From assembly GCA_029210775.1 (NCBI GenBank), contig JARGGI010000002.1, positions 12,478 through 76,477 of the forward strand: a stretch of 64,000 bases of DNA. Reading direction: 5' to 3'. This document shows positions 9,433 to 19,228 of the stretch, one piece after another. Within the stretch, counting starts at the first letter, position 1. Every line of letters begins with the position of its first letter. The DNA is from Patescibacteria group bacterium. Lineage in GTDB: Bacteria; Patescibacteriota; Minisyncoccia; JAHIHE01; JAGLIN01. The translations under genes and the position numbers were made by a program. The notes below the pieces were generated by a model. That model was given only the letters and a program-made list of their open reading frames with translations, made no database searches and was not told where the DNA came from.

Positions 9433-11247
9433 ATGAAGATACTATACTTATATAATAAGTTTACTTTATTATGTATGAATGTCAATCAATATATCATAAG
9501 CGAATTAAATAAAAAAGTCTCTGAAAAACGAGAGTTGTCTTTGGAATTTCTTTCACGACTTAAAAGAAAAGCATCAAGAAAATTTGGCTTGCCTTGTCCA
9601 ACTAATATTGAATTATTAAAGACTTTTAGAGAAATGGTTAAAAATAATATCATCTTAAGTCCGTCGAAGAATGTTATGGTTCGACAGGCTCATCATAACA
9701 TTTTAAAACAAATTGAAAGTATTCTTATAACCAAAAACATCCGAACTTCTTCTGGTGTAGCTGTTATTGCCGTTTTGACAAAACCGTATCCTTGTCCCGG
9801 TACTTGCGTTTTTTGCCCGAACGAAAAAAATATGCCCAAAAGCTATCTTTCCAACGAACCGGCGGTAATGCGGGCAATTTTGACTGATTTTCATCCGTAT
9901 AAACAAACTTCAGCAAGACTTAAGTCTCTTAAAGCTACGGGTCATGATATTGATAAAATTGAACTTATTGTTATGGGAGGTACATTTTCATACTTACCCA
10001 AAAATTACCAAACTTGGTTTATAAAAGAATGTTTTAGGGCATGTAATGAATTTAACAATAAGAAAAATTTAAAGATTTTATCGCTCGAAAGTCACCAAAA
10101 AATTAATGTAAAATCAAAATGTAGAATTGTAGGTTTGACACTTGAGACTCGTCCTGATTATATAAATGAAAAAGAAATAATTAATATGCGAAAATTAGGC
10201 GCGACACGGGTAGAACTGGGAGTGCAAAGTATTTATGACGATGTTTTAAAATTAAACAAGCGTGGACACGGTCGAGTGGAAATTATTCAAGCAACTAAAT
10301 TATTAAAAGAAGCGGGGTTTAAAATTAATTATCATATGATGCCCAATTTGCCTGGTTCAAATTATAAAAAAGATTTGGCAATGTTTAAAGAGCTATTTTC
10401 TAATCCAGACTTTCAGCCCGATATGCTAAAAATTTATCCGTGTGTTGTTGTCAAAAATGCGCCGATTTATAAATGGTATAAAGACGATAAATATAAGCCG
10501 TATTCTGACAAAAAATTAATAGAATTATTATCTGAAATAAAAAAAATAATCCCCCATTATGTTCGCATCACTCGCCTGATCCGCGACATCCCTTCAACAA
10601 GCATCGTTGCTGGAAATAAAGTTTCAAATTTAAGACAAGTTTTAAAGAAAAAATCTGAAGAAGAAAATTGGCAATGCAAATGTATTAGATGTCGAGAAAT
10701 TCGGAATCAAAATCCCCACTTCTTAAAGAAAGGACAAGAGATGGTTAAAGATTTAAAACTATTCCGACAAGATTACGATGCTTCAAATGGAAAAGAAATA
10801 TTTTTAAGTTTTGAAGATAAAAAAAGAATGCATATCTATTCTTTGTTGCGATTAAGAGTAAATAAGTCTGTCGTTGCGAGAAGCGAAGCGACGTGGCAAT
10901 CTCAAAACTTAACTCAATCAACTTCTCACCCAGAAATACCCCCAATCCCCGCCTATCCGAAAGGCAAGCCCTTTATTAAGGGGGAAACTATTATCCCCGT
11001 CCTACAAGATGCCACTATTATCCGCGAAGTTCATACTTATGGTAAATTAACACCAATAAAATCAAATAATAAAAAACACACACAACACACTGGACTTGGT
11101 AAAAAATTAATCCATGAAGCAGAAAGAATTACTGAAAAGGAATTTGGTCTAAAAAAAATCGCCGTCATCAGTGGCGTGGGTGTTAGAGATTATTATCGAA
11201 AATTAGGATATAGACTGGAGGATGGGTATATGGTAAGAAAAATATAA
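9433..11247 (+). CDS. elp3: Elp3-family radical SAM / GNAT acetyltransferase-like protein (tRNA-modification-type Elp3 homologue) carrying an in-frame repeat-derived insertion
   Basis: Radical SAM motif CPGTCVFCP, the LLRLRV hallmark, and C-terminal GNAT-like IREVHTYG...GLGKKLIHEAE. The segment VARSEATWQSQ is encoded by a GTTGCGAGAAGCGAAGCGACGTGGCAATC repeat copy. Confidence 0.8.
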   Translation: MKILYLYNKFTLLCMNVNQYIISELNKKVSEKRELSLEFLSRLKRKASRKFGLPCPTNIELLKTFREMVKNNIILSPSKNVMVRQAHHNILKQIESILITKNIRTSSGVAVIAVLTKPYPCPGTCVFCPNEKNMPKSYLSNEPAVMRAILTDFHPYKQTSARLKSLKATGHDIDKIELIVMGGTFSYLPKNYQTWFIKECFRACNEFNNKKNLKILSLESHQKINVKSKCRIVGLTLETRPDYINEKEIINMRKLGATRVELGVQSIYDDVLKLNKRGHGRVEIIQATKLLKEAGFKINYHMMPNLPGSNYKKDLAMFKELFSNPDFQPDMLKIYPCVVVKNAPIYKWYKDDKYKPYSDKKLIELLSEIKKIIPHYVRITRLIRDIPSTSIVAGNKVSNLRQVLKKKSEEENWQCKCIRCREIRNQNPHFLKKGQEMVKDLKLFRQDYDASNGKEIFLSFEDKKRMHIYSLLRLRVNKSVVARSEATWQSQNLTQSTSHPEIPPIPAYPKGKPFIKGETIIPVLQDATIIREVHTYGKLTPIKSNNKKHTQHTGLGKKLIHEAERITEKEFGLKKIAVISGVGVRDYYRKLGYRLEDGYMVRKI

Positions 11248-11407
11248 TTAGGGGCTGCTAATTTTCTCAGATTTCTCCTCCCCTTGGATAAGGGGAGGCT
11301 GGGAGTGGTTTGAAAAATAGCTAAAATAAGCTAAATTACTTTATAGGGTATTTCTAAATTTATCTCTTTTTATAAAAATTAGATGAAAATCAGCAGCCCC
11401 TAATTAA
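11246..11407. mobile_element. MITE-like element of about 162 bp with 18-bp perfect terminal inverted repeats
   Basis: TTAGGGGCTGCTAATTTT at 11247-11264 and AAAATCAGCAGCCCCTAA at 11388-11407. An internal GC-rich hairpin CCTCCCCTTGGATAAGGGGAGG is present. The left TIR overlaps the Elp3 stop codon. Confidence 0.55.
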
Positions 11408-11493
11408 ATTTACATAATATCTTAAAAAAGACGAAAGTTAAAATTTCATCTTTTTTTATTTCAATCAATGAATATAATTCTTATCACTCTTTT

Positions 11494-12777
11494 TCAAAAA
11501 TTAATCTTGAAAGTCGGATCTGTCATTTTCTTCCAATTATCCCCCGTGCTTCCGCCATCGTCTTTTAAATCTTTGCCAATTGAATATAAAATCTTATTTT
11601 CTTTAGAATATCTTAAAAGATTTCCATCAAAATAGTCTAGCGGAACAGATGATAAATAGTCAGGAACTAATTGCTCTAATGAATTTGGATAATCACCATT
11701 ATCATTTTTATATGCTTTTATCGCAATCAAAGCTTGCGTTGCAGACACTAAAGAGTCTTCGTTGCATTTTTTTGCATTTGCTGAAGTTAAGCTTAATGCA
11801 GTAATATCGTGAAATACCTTGCCAATAAGATTTTCAGAAAAATAAACTTTTAAATACGAAGATGGGACTTGCATTTGAATATCAACATTTTGAATATTAT
11901 TGCAAAATTTATTTGCATTTTCAATATTTTTTCTTGCATATCCGGCAAAAAGAGCTTTTGTTTTATTCGGCATAAAATAATAGTTATTTTTTAATTTTTG
12001 CGATATATCCCAGCTTTGTTCTCCTGTATGAGTTTGTAATATCTCAGTATTGCCATTTACAAGCGCGTCAATAATCGAATACTGATAGTAATATTCACCT
12101 TTGATTATAGAAATAAATCCGTCTTCATTTTTGTAGAACTGATCCAAGCTTTGAGCATACCTCTTTAATTCGTCAGAATCTAAATTTGATGAAGCAAAAA
12201 TATTCTGCACAGCCTCAAGGCCTCTTTCTTTTAAAAACATCGCGACAAGATACTCAATTAGAACAGTTTGTGATTCTTGAATTTTTTGCCCGATATACAC
12301 AGAGCTTAATGCTTCATATATTGCCTCATTTTCTTTACCCTGTTTTGATAGATATAACACTTTAATTAAGCTATATCCCGACATCGTTCTCCATAAAGAT
12401 AATGACGGAAAAACCATACTTGGATTTATGTTCTCTGGATTAGACAGTGTTGGATTTTGAAATTTTGGCTTGCGCGAAGCTTCGGAAAAATATTCAAAAG
12501 CTTTTTGATTATTAGAAATAATTTCTTCCGCCAATTTCTCATCCCACATCCTGCCTTCAATCATATCTTTAATCTCTTTTTCCTTTCCTTTCGGTTTGTA
12601 TAAAACATCTTTAATCTTAATCAAATCAAAATAAGCATTATCTTTGTCAGGAATTGAAATCACTTGCAGGTTCAAATCAGAATCATTAATAGGATCTATG
12701 TCTCTCGTAAATAAACCAAGAATAAACGGGAGTAATATCACAACAATAATTAACATAACAATGCTCAAAACTATCAA
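11494..12777 (-). CDS. Hypothetical membrane-anchored or exported protein
   Basis: 427 aa with an N-terminal TM helix (MIVLSIVMLIIVVILLPFILGLF) and no recognisable catalytic motif. Confidence 0.45.
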   Translation of the reverse strand: MIVLSIVMLIIVVILLPFILGLFTRDIDPINDSDLNLQVISIPDKDNAYFDLIKIKDVLYKPKGKEKEIKDMIEGRMWDEKLAEEIISNNQKAFEYFSEASRKPKFQNPTLSNPENINPSMVFPSLSLWRTMSGYSLIKVLYLSKQGKENEAIYEALSSVYIGQKIQESQTVLIEYLVAMFLKERGLEAVQNIFASSNLDSDELKRYAQSLDQFYKNEDGFISIIKGEYYYQYSIIDALVNGNTEILQTHTGEQSWDISQKLKNNYYFMPNKTKALFAGYARKNIENANKFCNNIQNVDIQMQVPSSYLKVYFSENLIGKVFHDITALSLTSANAKKCNEDSLVSATQALIAIKAYKNDNGDYPNSLEQLVPDYLSSVPLDYFDGNLLRYSKENKILYSIGKDLKDDGGSTGDNWKKMTDPTFKINF

Positions 12778-12879
12778 CTTTATTTTTTTTATTTTTATTA
12801 AATTATTTGTTATATCTATATCTTATCAAAAGAAGTTAGGAAAAGTAATATTTTGTATTAGTCCACCTCATATTTCCTT

Positions 12880-13590
12880 TCATTCCATCTCCAAAACCAG
12901 CTCTTCCGCATTTTCTTTCCATTCTCCCGCTCTTGTAAAATAATCTATTTTTATATTTTTAAATCCCACTGTTTTTACCAAAGATAAAAGTTCTTCTTTG
13001 GAAAATTGATAAAGATAACGCTCCACAACTTTTCCATAAGTTGCTTTCCATGGAACAATCACATCTCCACTTTTTTCTCCAGCTAACTGATTTTCAATAT
13101 CAAACCTCTCATTCGCCCAATCACTCAGAAGATTCCAAACTATGATTTTTACTTTCGCATTTGGCTTAGACACTCTCTTAATTTCTTGAAAAAATTTCTC
13201 TTGCAGTTTTTTTGACGGAATATGATGAAATACAGCATAACTTATTACATAATTAAACTCTTTATCACCAAACGGAAGTTCTGTTGCTTGCCCAACAAAA
13301 AAACTTGCCTTTCCGTTTTTAACCTCTTTTTTATATTTATCCTTCGCAATATCAATAAGTTTTTCTGATATGTCTAAACCAAAATACAAAGCACCTTTAT
13401 CTAAAATAAAAGGTGCCATAAGAGCGTTCCCACAACCGATATCTAAAACTTTATCGCCGAGATTAATATCAGATATTAAATCTGTTTTTAATTTAGAAGC
13501 CCTGTTTCTACTTAAATCCCATTCCTTGGCAATCAAATCATAATCATCTCTAGTTTTTTCTATAATTTTTTGTGAATTACTTTTTTCCAT
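12880..13590 (-). CDS. Class I SAM-dependent methyltransferase
   Basis: VLDIGCGNALMAPFI motif I and LDISEKLIDIA motif II. Confidence 0.7.
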   Translation of the reverse strand: MEKSNSQKIIEKTRDDYDLIAKEWDLSRNRASKLKTDLISDINLGDKVLDIGCGNALMAPFILDKGALYFGLDISEKLIDIAKDKYKKEVKNGKASFFVGQATELPFGDKEFNYVISYAVFHHIPSKKLQEKFFQEIKRVSKPNAKVKIIVWNLLSDWANERFDIENQLAGEKSGDVIVPWKATYGKVVERYLYQFSKEELLSLVKTVGFKNIKIDYFTRAGEWKENAEELVLEME

Positions 13591-13630
13591 TTTATTTTTA
13601 TCTTAACTATCGAGGTTCAACCTCCATAAT

Positions 13631-14110
13631 TTATTTAAATTTTCCAATCCAATAGGCAACAATTCCAAAAGCGACCGAAACATTGAGAGATTCTTTTTTT
13701 CCTTTCATGGGAATATCAATGACAACATCAGATCTTGAAAGGAGTGATTTTTTCACGCCCTTGCCTTCATTGCCAACAATAAGAGCAATAGGAAATTCTG
13801 GTTTATAATCTGTATAAGCAATGCTATTTTTTGTTTGTTCAAGTGAAACAATCTGATAACCCTCTTCTTTTAATTTTTCCACAACCCTCCATGACTGTTT
13901 CGCATATTCCCATAAGATATAATTTTGAGCCCCCAATGCAACTTTTGAAATCTGCCGTTCATGTTTTTGTGTATCAGGAATTCCTGTTATTCCGCATAAA
14001 TAGACCTTACTAATTCCAACTCCATCTGAAGTTCTGAAAACAGAGCCTACATTATGTAAGCTCCGAATTGAATCACATATAACAACAAATTTATTAATAT
14101 CTTTTTTCAT
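13631..14110 (-). CDS. SpoU/TrmH-family RNA 2'-O-methyltransferase (SPOUT fold)
   Basis: SLHNVGSVFRTSDGVG, LIVGNEGKGV and SLNVSVAFGIVAY motifs. Confidence 0.8.
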   Translation of the reverse strand: MKKDINKFVVICDSIRSLHNVGSVFRTSDGVGISKVYLCGITGIPDTQKHERQISKVALGAQNYILWEYAKQSWRVVEKLKEEGYQIVSLEQTKNSIAYTDYKPEFPIALIVGNEGKGVKKSLLSRSDVVIDIPMKGKKESLNVSVAFGIVAYWIGKFK

Positions 14111-14115
14111 TCGCT

Positions 14116-14724
14116 TTAAATACGATTTAAAAACAATCTCAATAATAATTGAAAAATGTCAGAAACAATTGTAACAGCTTTATAGGAATTATCCATTTTT
14201 TTATCACCATTCATATTAAGATGTCCTGTTCGCGTGTTCAAAGGAGTTGAGAGAAATTTGCCAATTTCTCCTAATGATTTATAATTTGGGGTTTCACAAG
14301 TTCCTAATATTTTTCTAATGTCATCTCTAAATTTTAAATTTTCTTCACTTTCTGATTTATTTCTTTTATTACTTTGCCATTTTTTAAAATCTGTGGCTTC
14401 TCCCCTATTCATCCAAAAACCGTTACATTTTATACAATACTCAACTTCCAATTGTTTTGGAAAATTAAAGTCTTTAAACTCCTGAAGTTTTGTCTTACAT
14501 ACAGGACACTTTTTTTCATCGTTATATATGAACACATTTTCTTGAAGCTTCTCTATATCTAAATTTTCAATTCTTTCAATTTCTTCTTTTAAAATTGGAT
14601 ATAATTCAACATTATCAAACCAAATTCCACCACAAACAGAACATTGATCAAGATTAATTATAATTCCATAATCATTCTTGACTTTGACTTTTTTTAAATT
14701 ATTATTGCAATCAGGACACTTCAT
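14116..14724 (-). CDS. Protein with two TFIIB-type zinc-ribbon repeats (KCPxC...CxxCxGIWFDxxEL)
   Basis: MKCPDCNNNL...CSVCGGIWFDNVEL and KKCPVCKTKL...CIKCNGFWMNRGE. A paralogue lies at 53562-54095. Confidence 0.55.
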   Translation of the reverse strand: MKCPDCNNNLKKVKVKNDYGIIINLDQCSVCGGIWFDNVELYPILKEEIERIENLDIEKLQENVFIYNDEKKCPVCKTKLQEFKDFNFPKQLEVEYCIKCNGFWMNRGEATDFKKWQSNKRNKSESEENLKFRDDIRKILGTCETPNYKSLGEIGKFLSTPLNTRTGHLNMNGDKKMDNSYKAVTIVSDIFQLLLRLFLNRI

Positions 14725-14743
14725 ATTTTTTAAAATTATAAGA

Positions 14744-15085
14744 CTACATGCCCATTAGTTTTCGAGCTAAATCTTCATATTCTTTTCGTTGTTGAGGAGT
14801 CATTTTCCTCATAATACCCATCATCTCTCCGGGACTTGGATTTTCTTTTCCGCCTAATAATTTTTTCATTTTCTCTTCCATATCTTTTTGTTCATCTATG
14901 CTCATATTCTGCATATTTTCCATTGCTTTCTTTGCCATTTCACGCTGTCCTTCTGGTAAATCTTTCAAATGTTTTTCCAAAGCCTTGTCTATGACCTTCT
15001 TCCCTATTTTTGTCTTTGAGGCCCTTTGAACGACCTTACCTGCGCCTTTTTGAAAAGCTCCCTTAATTGAATCTTTAATTCCCAT
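14744..15085 (-). CDS. Hypothetical charged small protein
   Basis: 113 aa, Lys/Glu/Met-rich, with no recognisable motif. Confidence 0.35.
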   Translation of the reverse strand: MGIKDSIKGAFQKGAGKVVQRASKTKIGKKVIDKALEKHLKDLPEGQREMAKKAMENMQNMSIDEQKDMEEKMKKLLGGKENPSPGEMMGIMRKMTPQQRKEYEDLARKLMGM

Positions 15086-15111
15086 TTTTTTTAAATTAAT
15101 TTATTAATAAT

Positions 15112-15654
15112 TTATTTATTATCACATTTTAACATAAAGAGGCTGAATGCTGAAAGAGTATCACAATCTTTTATTTTCCTATTTTTAATCATTTCTTTGA
15201 TTTTTGAAATTTTTAACTTTCTAACTTTTATATCACCATCTTTTTCTATTTCATCTGGCTCTTGCTTGCCAAACTCCAAATCTTCTGCAAGATAGACATA
15301 TGCTTTTTGATTTGAACATCCATAATAAGCATAGAACCAACCGAGATTAGTAAATTTTTTTGCCTTTATTCCTGCCTCTTCTCTTAATTCTCTCTTAGCA
15401 GTTCTAAGTGAAGTTTCTCCTTTTTCAATAGCTCCTGCAACAACTTGAATCATTTTTGATTGCGTCGTATATCTATATTGCTCAATAAGATATAAATAAT
15501 CGCCCTCTTTTGCTAATACTATAACGTAATCTTTTCTATTTAATATAAAATATTTATGCTTTTTACCACTAGGTCCAAAAAAATCTTCCTCAACTATTTT
15601 CAAATATTTACATTTAAAAGCTATTTCTGATTTTATTGTTTTCCATGCTTTCAT
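15112..15654 (-). CDS. NUDIX hydrolase
   Basis: NUDIX box GAIEKGETSLRTAKRELREEAGI. Confidence 0.8.
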   Translation of the reverse strand: MKAWKTIKSEIAFKCKYLKIVEEDFFGPSGKKHKYFILNRKDYVIVLAKEGDYLYLIEQYRYTTQSKMIQVVAGAIEKGETSLRTAKRELREEAGIKAKKFTNLGWFYAYYGCSNQKAYVYLAEDLEFGKQEPDEIEKDGDIKVRKLKISKIKEMIKNRKIKDCDTLSAFSLFMLKCDNK

Positions 15655-15662
15655 ATATAACG

Positions 15663-16799
15663 TTATTCAATTAATTTCTTTTCCTCATCACCATTAATGT
15701 TTTCATTTTCTTCGCTAATTCGATCAACTACTTTTATTAACTGTCTAGTCCTTGTATTTGAAACGCTATCATACTGCTTTGACATTGAATTTATTCTATC
15801 TCCCAATTTATCAAACTCATCATTATATTTTGAAAATTCCTGCTTAAATTTTGAAATTAATCCAACGACCCTATGCAAGTCTTCCTGAATTTTGAAATTA
15901 TTATATGACTGCTTAATCATTCGTGCAATTGCAGCAAAAGAAAATGGACCTGTGATAATTACTTTCTTTTCCAAAGCTTCACTTGAAATATCGCTTAATT
16001 TGTCACAAATAAAGCTAAAAATACTTTCATTAGGAACAAACATAATCACAAAATCTAAGGTTTTTTCTTCGGGATTAATATAGTCCCGACTTGTTACTTG
16101 TTTAAGTTTCTGCCTAACATCAGTTTTAAACTGATCAAGATATTTTTTCTTTTCCAATTCATCATCAACTTCTTGAAGTTTTTGGAGAGCTGAATATGGA
16201 AATTTCACATCAATATTAATCTTCGTTTTATCTGGAAGTTTGATTGTGATGTCAGGACGATTTGCGTTTGTGTCTTGTCTGAGATTTACGGTATAATCCA
16301 AATTTTTCACAAACCCCAACATTTTCAAAATATTCTCTGCAACTTCCTCTCCATATTTTCCACGCTGTTGATTATTGGAAAGTATTTTTTTCAAATTTTC
16401 AGTTGAATTTTTTAATTCTCCAGTAATAATTTTATGCTCCTCTAAAATCGTTTTCATCTTTGAAAATTCACCGATTCTTTCTTTTTCAGTGTTTTCAATT
16501 TTCTTCTGGGATTCCCTTAGTTCAGAATCAATTTTATCCACCATTTCTTTAATTGCATCTTTTTTGCCCTCCATATATTGTTCGTTCCTTTTCATTTTTT
16601 CATCATTCATTTCTGAAATTCTTTCTCTTTCTTCTTTAAGAATTTCCCGATTTCTCTCTTCAATCATTTTCATATTTCTCTCGGCTATCTTTTCGCTAAA
16701 ATTTGAAAAATAATCTAAAATTGGTTTTTTTAGTAGAAAAAACAACACAGATAGGACCGCGACAATAGCAATGATATTAATTATTATTTCATTAATCAT
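15663..16799 (-). CDS. rmuC: DNA recombination protein RmuC
   Basis: N-terminal TM helix, coiled coil, and a C-terminal RPDITIKLPDKTKINIDVKFP...FVIMFVPNES RmuC core. Confidence 0.85.
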   Translation of the reverse strand: MINEIIINIIAIVAVLSVLFFLLKKPILDYFSNFSEKIAERNMKMIEERNREILKEERERISEMNDEKMKRNEQYMEGKKDAIKEMVDKIDSELRESQKKIENTEKERIGEFSKMKTILEEHKIITGELKNSTENLKKILSNNQQRGKYGEEVAENILKMLGFVKNLDYTVNLRQDTNANRPDITIKLPDKTKINIDVKFPYSALQKLQEVDDELEKKKYLDQFKTDVRQKLKQVTSRDYINPEEKTLDFVIMFVPNESIFSFICDKLSDISSEALEKKVIITGPFSFAAIARMIKQSYNNFKIQEDLHRVVGLISKFKQEFSKYNDEFDKLGDRINSMSKQYDSVSNTRTRQLIKVVDRISEENENINGDEEKKLIE

Positions 16800-17185
16800 A
16801 ACCTAATTCTACACTTAAATTACTTATAAATCAACTTGTATATTTAATTTTCCTAAACAAATAGATACCTTAAATTTATAGCAAAAAAATCAGAAGCGTT
16901 TTTTATCTATTGCTTCCGAGCTGTTGATTTTAGATTTGCTTCTCTTGCTCTCAACATTCTCCTTCGGAACTCTGCCGAATCCTGAATATGCTTAACCTCA
17001 ACAACACTAGGAGGTTTAGTTCCATTTTCATCATTTATTGGACCTTCCACTAACATCACCTCTAATAATTATTACTTATAATATATCACGCATAAGCAAT
17101 TCTGTCAATGCTTTGAAATCTAATATAAACAAAATTCTATCAAATAAAAAATGACCAATCGCAAGCGACGAGTCATTAAGCTTTA

Positions 17186-18649
17186 TTATTTTTTCCTTCT
17201 TTGGAAAACGATTGCCACGATTATCATGATAATTGCCATCCAAATCTCCATTCCCGGAGTTTCGGGAGTAGAAGTTATTTTTTGGTAAGGAATCGGTGTT
17301 CTCGTTGAAGTTGGGGTTAGAATTTGTTTTGGAGCTATATCAGATTTAGTTTCATTGTCTGTCACAACAACAGTAATTTCTTTAAATCCTTTTCTATTAA
17401 GATAACCAGCTTCAACTCCAACTATATATGTTCCCTGATATTCAAAGATATGAATACATGTAGGACTCTCACAATATCCCCCTTTTAAATTCGTTAAAGG
17501 AGTTTTTTTATTAGTCTTGTCATAAAATCTTAAACTCGCTTGCCTATTATAGCGATCAAAAACTTTCCAAGCATTAATTTTACATTCTTCTCCAGTTTTA
17601 CAATCAATTCTATTCGGGAGAGAATTCATAACAAGAGGAGTTTTTTTGTTGCTTCCTTCAAAAACTTCAACATCCTTTGTTAAAGTTGAACCTGCACCGT
17701 GAGAATCTGTGATTGTCACTGTGAGATTATGAGATCCCATTCCTTTTGTTTTCATTCTGATTATAGGAATTTTTTCCTCATAACTTCTTCTGGTCCAACT
17801 GACTCTACTTATAAGAACATTATTATTGTTCTTAAGCTCAGCATAGTAGCTTTGAATGAAATCATTATTTTCATTACTATTACTTCCAGTCTTTAATTCC
17901 TCCAAATAAACCTCAAAGTCACTATTTGATTCAGGATAGTCAAAATCTAATTTAAACGATGGAGGAGAATTTCGAACAACTGTTATGTTAATCTCTTTCT
18001 CCTTAGATTTGCTACCATCTGAAATTGTTGCTTTGATTATCTTTTTTTCAGTCTTTGCTGAACTTCCTATTTCTATTTCAGTTGTCTTGGAGTTTGGACT
18101 TTTAATAATAATTCCACTATCCTTTGTATCCCATTTAATTTTTATATCACACTCACCAGTAGTGGTATATGGAATTATCAAACTAAAAGTATCTCCTATC
18201 GCATATTCTCTAATTTCTTCCCTTACACTTACTTTATCATTTAATTTAATGGGTGACAGAGTAATTGTGCAATCCCTTTTTGATCTGGGAAAAATTTTTA
18301 TTATTCTTTCTATACTTCCTCCATCATCTGTTACAGTGAGAAGATATTCTTCTTCTTTTGTAACAACTGTCTGAAGAAATCTAGAATCAAGCACGACTCT
18401 ATTATCTTTTTCCCATCTGTATCTCTTGTTTCCAATCCCACCTTCCACAAATGGAGTAAGGGTTAAATCGCTATCAGGATCTGCGTAAAATACAAACCCA
18501 TTTGGTATTTTATTTATAACACATTCCCCACCATTACATCTCACATCTACTGTCAACGGAACAACTGCTTGAGCAACAGAAATCACAGAAATCAATAAAA
18601 AAATCTCCAAAACAATCAATAAACATATCTTTCTTTTCACTTTTTCCAT
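17186..18649 (-). CDS. Secreted, Cys-containing surface protein with a C-terminal membrane anchor (TPETPG, then a hydrophobic helix, then RRKK)
   Basis: Signal peptide, beta-rich Thr/Ser-rich body, and a C-terminal TPETPGMEIWMAIIMIIVAIVFQRRKK sorting-signal-like tail. Confidence 0.55.
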   Translation of the reverse strand: MEKVKRKICLLIVLEIFLLISVISVAQAVVPLTVDVRCNGGECVINKIPNGFVFYADPDSDLTLTPFVEGGIGNKRYRWEKDNRVVLDSRFLQTVVTKEEEYLLTVTDDGGSIERIIKIFPRSKRDCTITLSPIKLNDKVSVREEIREYAIGDTFSLIIPYTTTGECDIKIKWDTKDSGIIIKSPNSKTTEIEIGSSAKTEKKIIKATISDGSKSKEKEINITVVRNSPPSFKLDFDYPESNSDFEVYLEELKTGSNSNENNDFIQSYYAELKNNNNVLISRVSWTRRSYEEKIPIIRMKTKGMGSHNLTVTITDSHGAGSTLTKDVEVFEGSNKKTPLVMNSLPNRIDCKTGEECKINAWKVFDRYNRQASLRFYDKTNKKTPLTNLKGGYCESPTCIHIFEYQGTYIVGVEAGYLNRKGFKEITVVVTDNETKSDIAPKQILTPTSTRTPIPYQKITSTPETPGMEIWMAIIMIIVAIVFQRRKK

Positions 18650-18881
18650 CTCCTCTTATTCTTTCTATATCAAATTGTCAAATAACGTGTCTTTAAAACT
18701 TATCATCTAAACATAGTGAAAAATTTAATAAAAATGTTCTATATCTATTAAGAACAAGATTCTTCGCTTTGCTTAGAACATACTAATATTCTCTAAATTT
18801 AAAAGACATTAAATTATACCTTAACTATAATCATATGTCAATATATTAAATTTAAAAATAAAGCGATCTTTTATAGATCAC

Positions 18882-19172
18882 TTAATTTCGACAATTAAAT
18901 TGAGATTTAATTTCTTGACGAATTTTCTCTAAAAAATTCTTTTGATTTCTCGTTTTTACAGGATATCCACTCAAACCTTTTTCACATAAATCAATTAACT
19001 CTTCTAATAATTTTTTGTCAATATTTAAACACTCTTGAAGAATTTTAGAATAGTTTTGAGGAGTTATTTTTTTATTTAATATTTCATCAGGAATAAGTTA
19101 TATCAAATAAATTAACTTATTTTTGTCCCCTTCAACTTCACTTGCAATTTTATTAACAGTATTTCCGTTCAT
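18882..19172 (-). pseudogene. Small ORF with a strong RBS, interrupted by an in-frame TAA that lies inside a 9-bp-arm palindrome
   Basis: GAGGTG RBS 7 nt before the ATG. The reading frame is MNGNTVNKIASEVEGDKNKLIYLI-stop-LIPDEILNKK...SQFNCRN. The palindrome AATAAGTTA-n12-TAACTTATT sits at the stop. Confidence 0.35.
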
Positions 19173-19228
19173 TAATGCTCACCTCTAAAGTTTATTCTAT
19201 AACAATTACATAAAAAATCAACGAGAAA

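Noticed and set aside
12644-12943. 99-aa plus-strand ORF overlapping the ends of two minus-strand genes
   Set aside because: It is antisense to well-supported genes (11494-12777 and the methyltransferase) and low-complexity, so it is spurious.
16895-17047. 50-aa minus-strand ORF (MLVEGPINDENGTKPPSVVEV...) in the rmuC downstream gap
   Set aside because: The SD-like GAGGTG directly abuts the ATG with no spacer, and no motif is recognisable. It is probably non-coding, and I kept it unreported as a feature.
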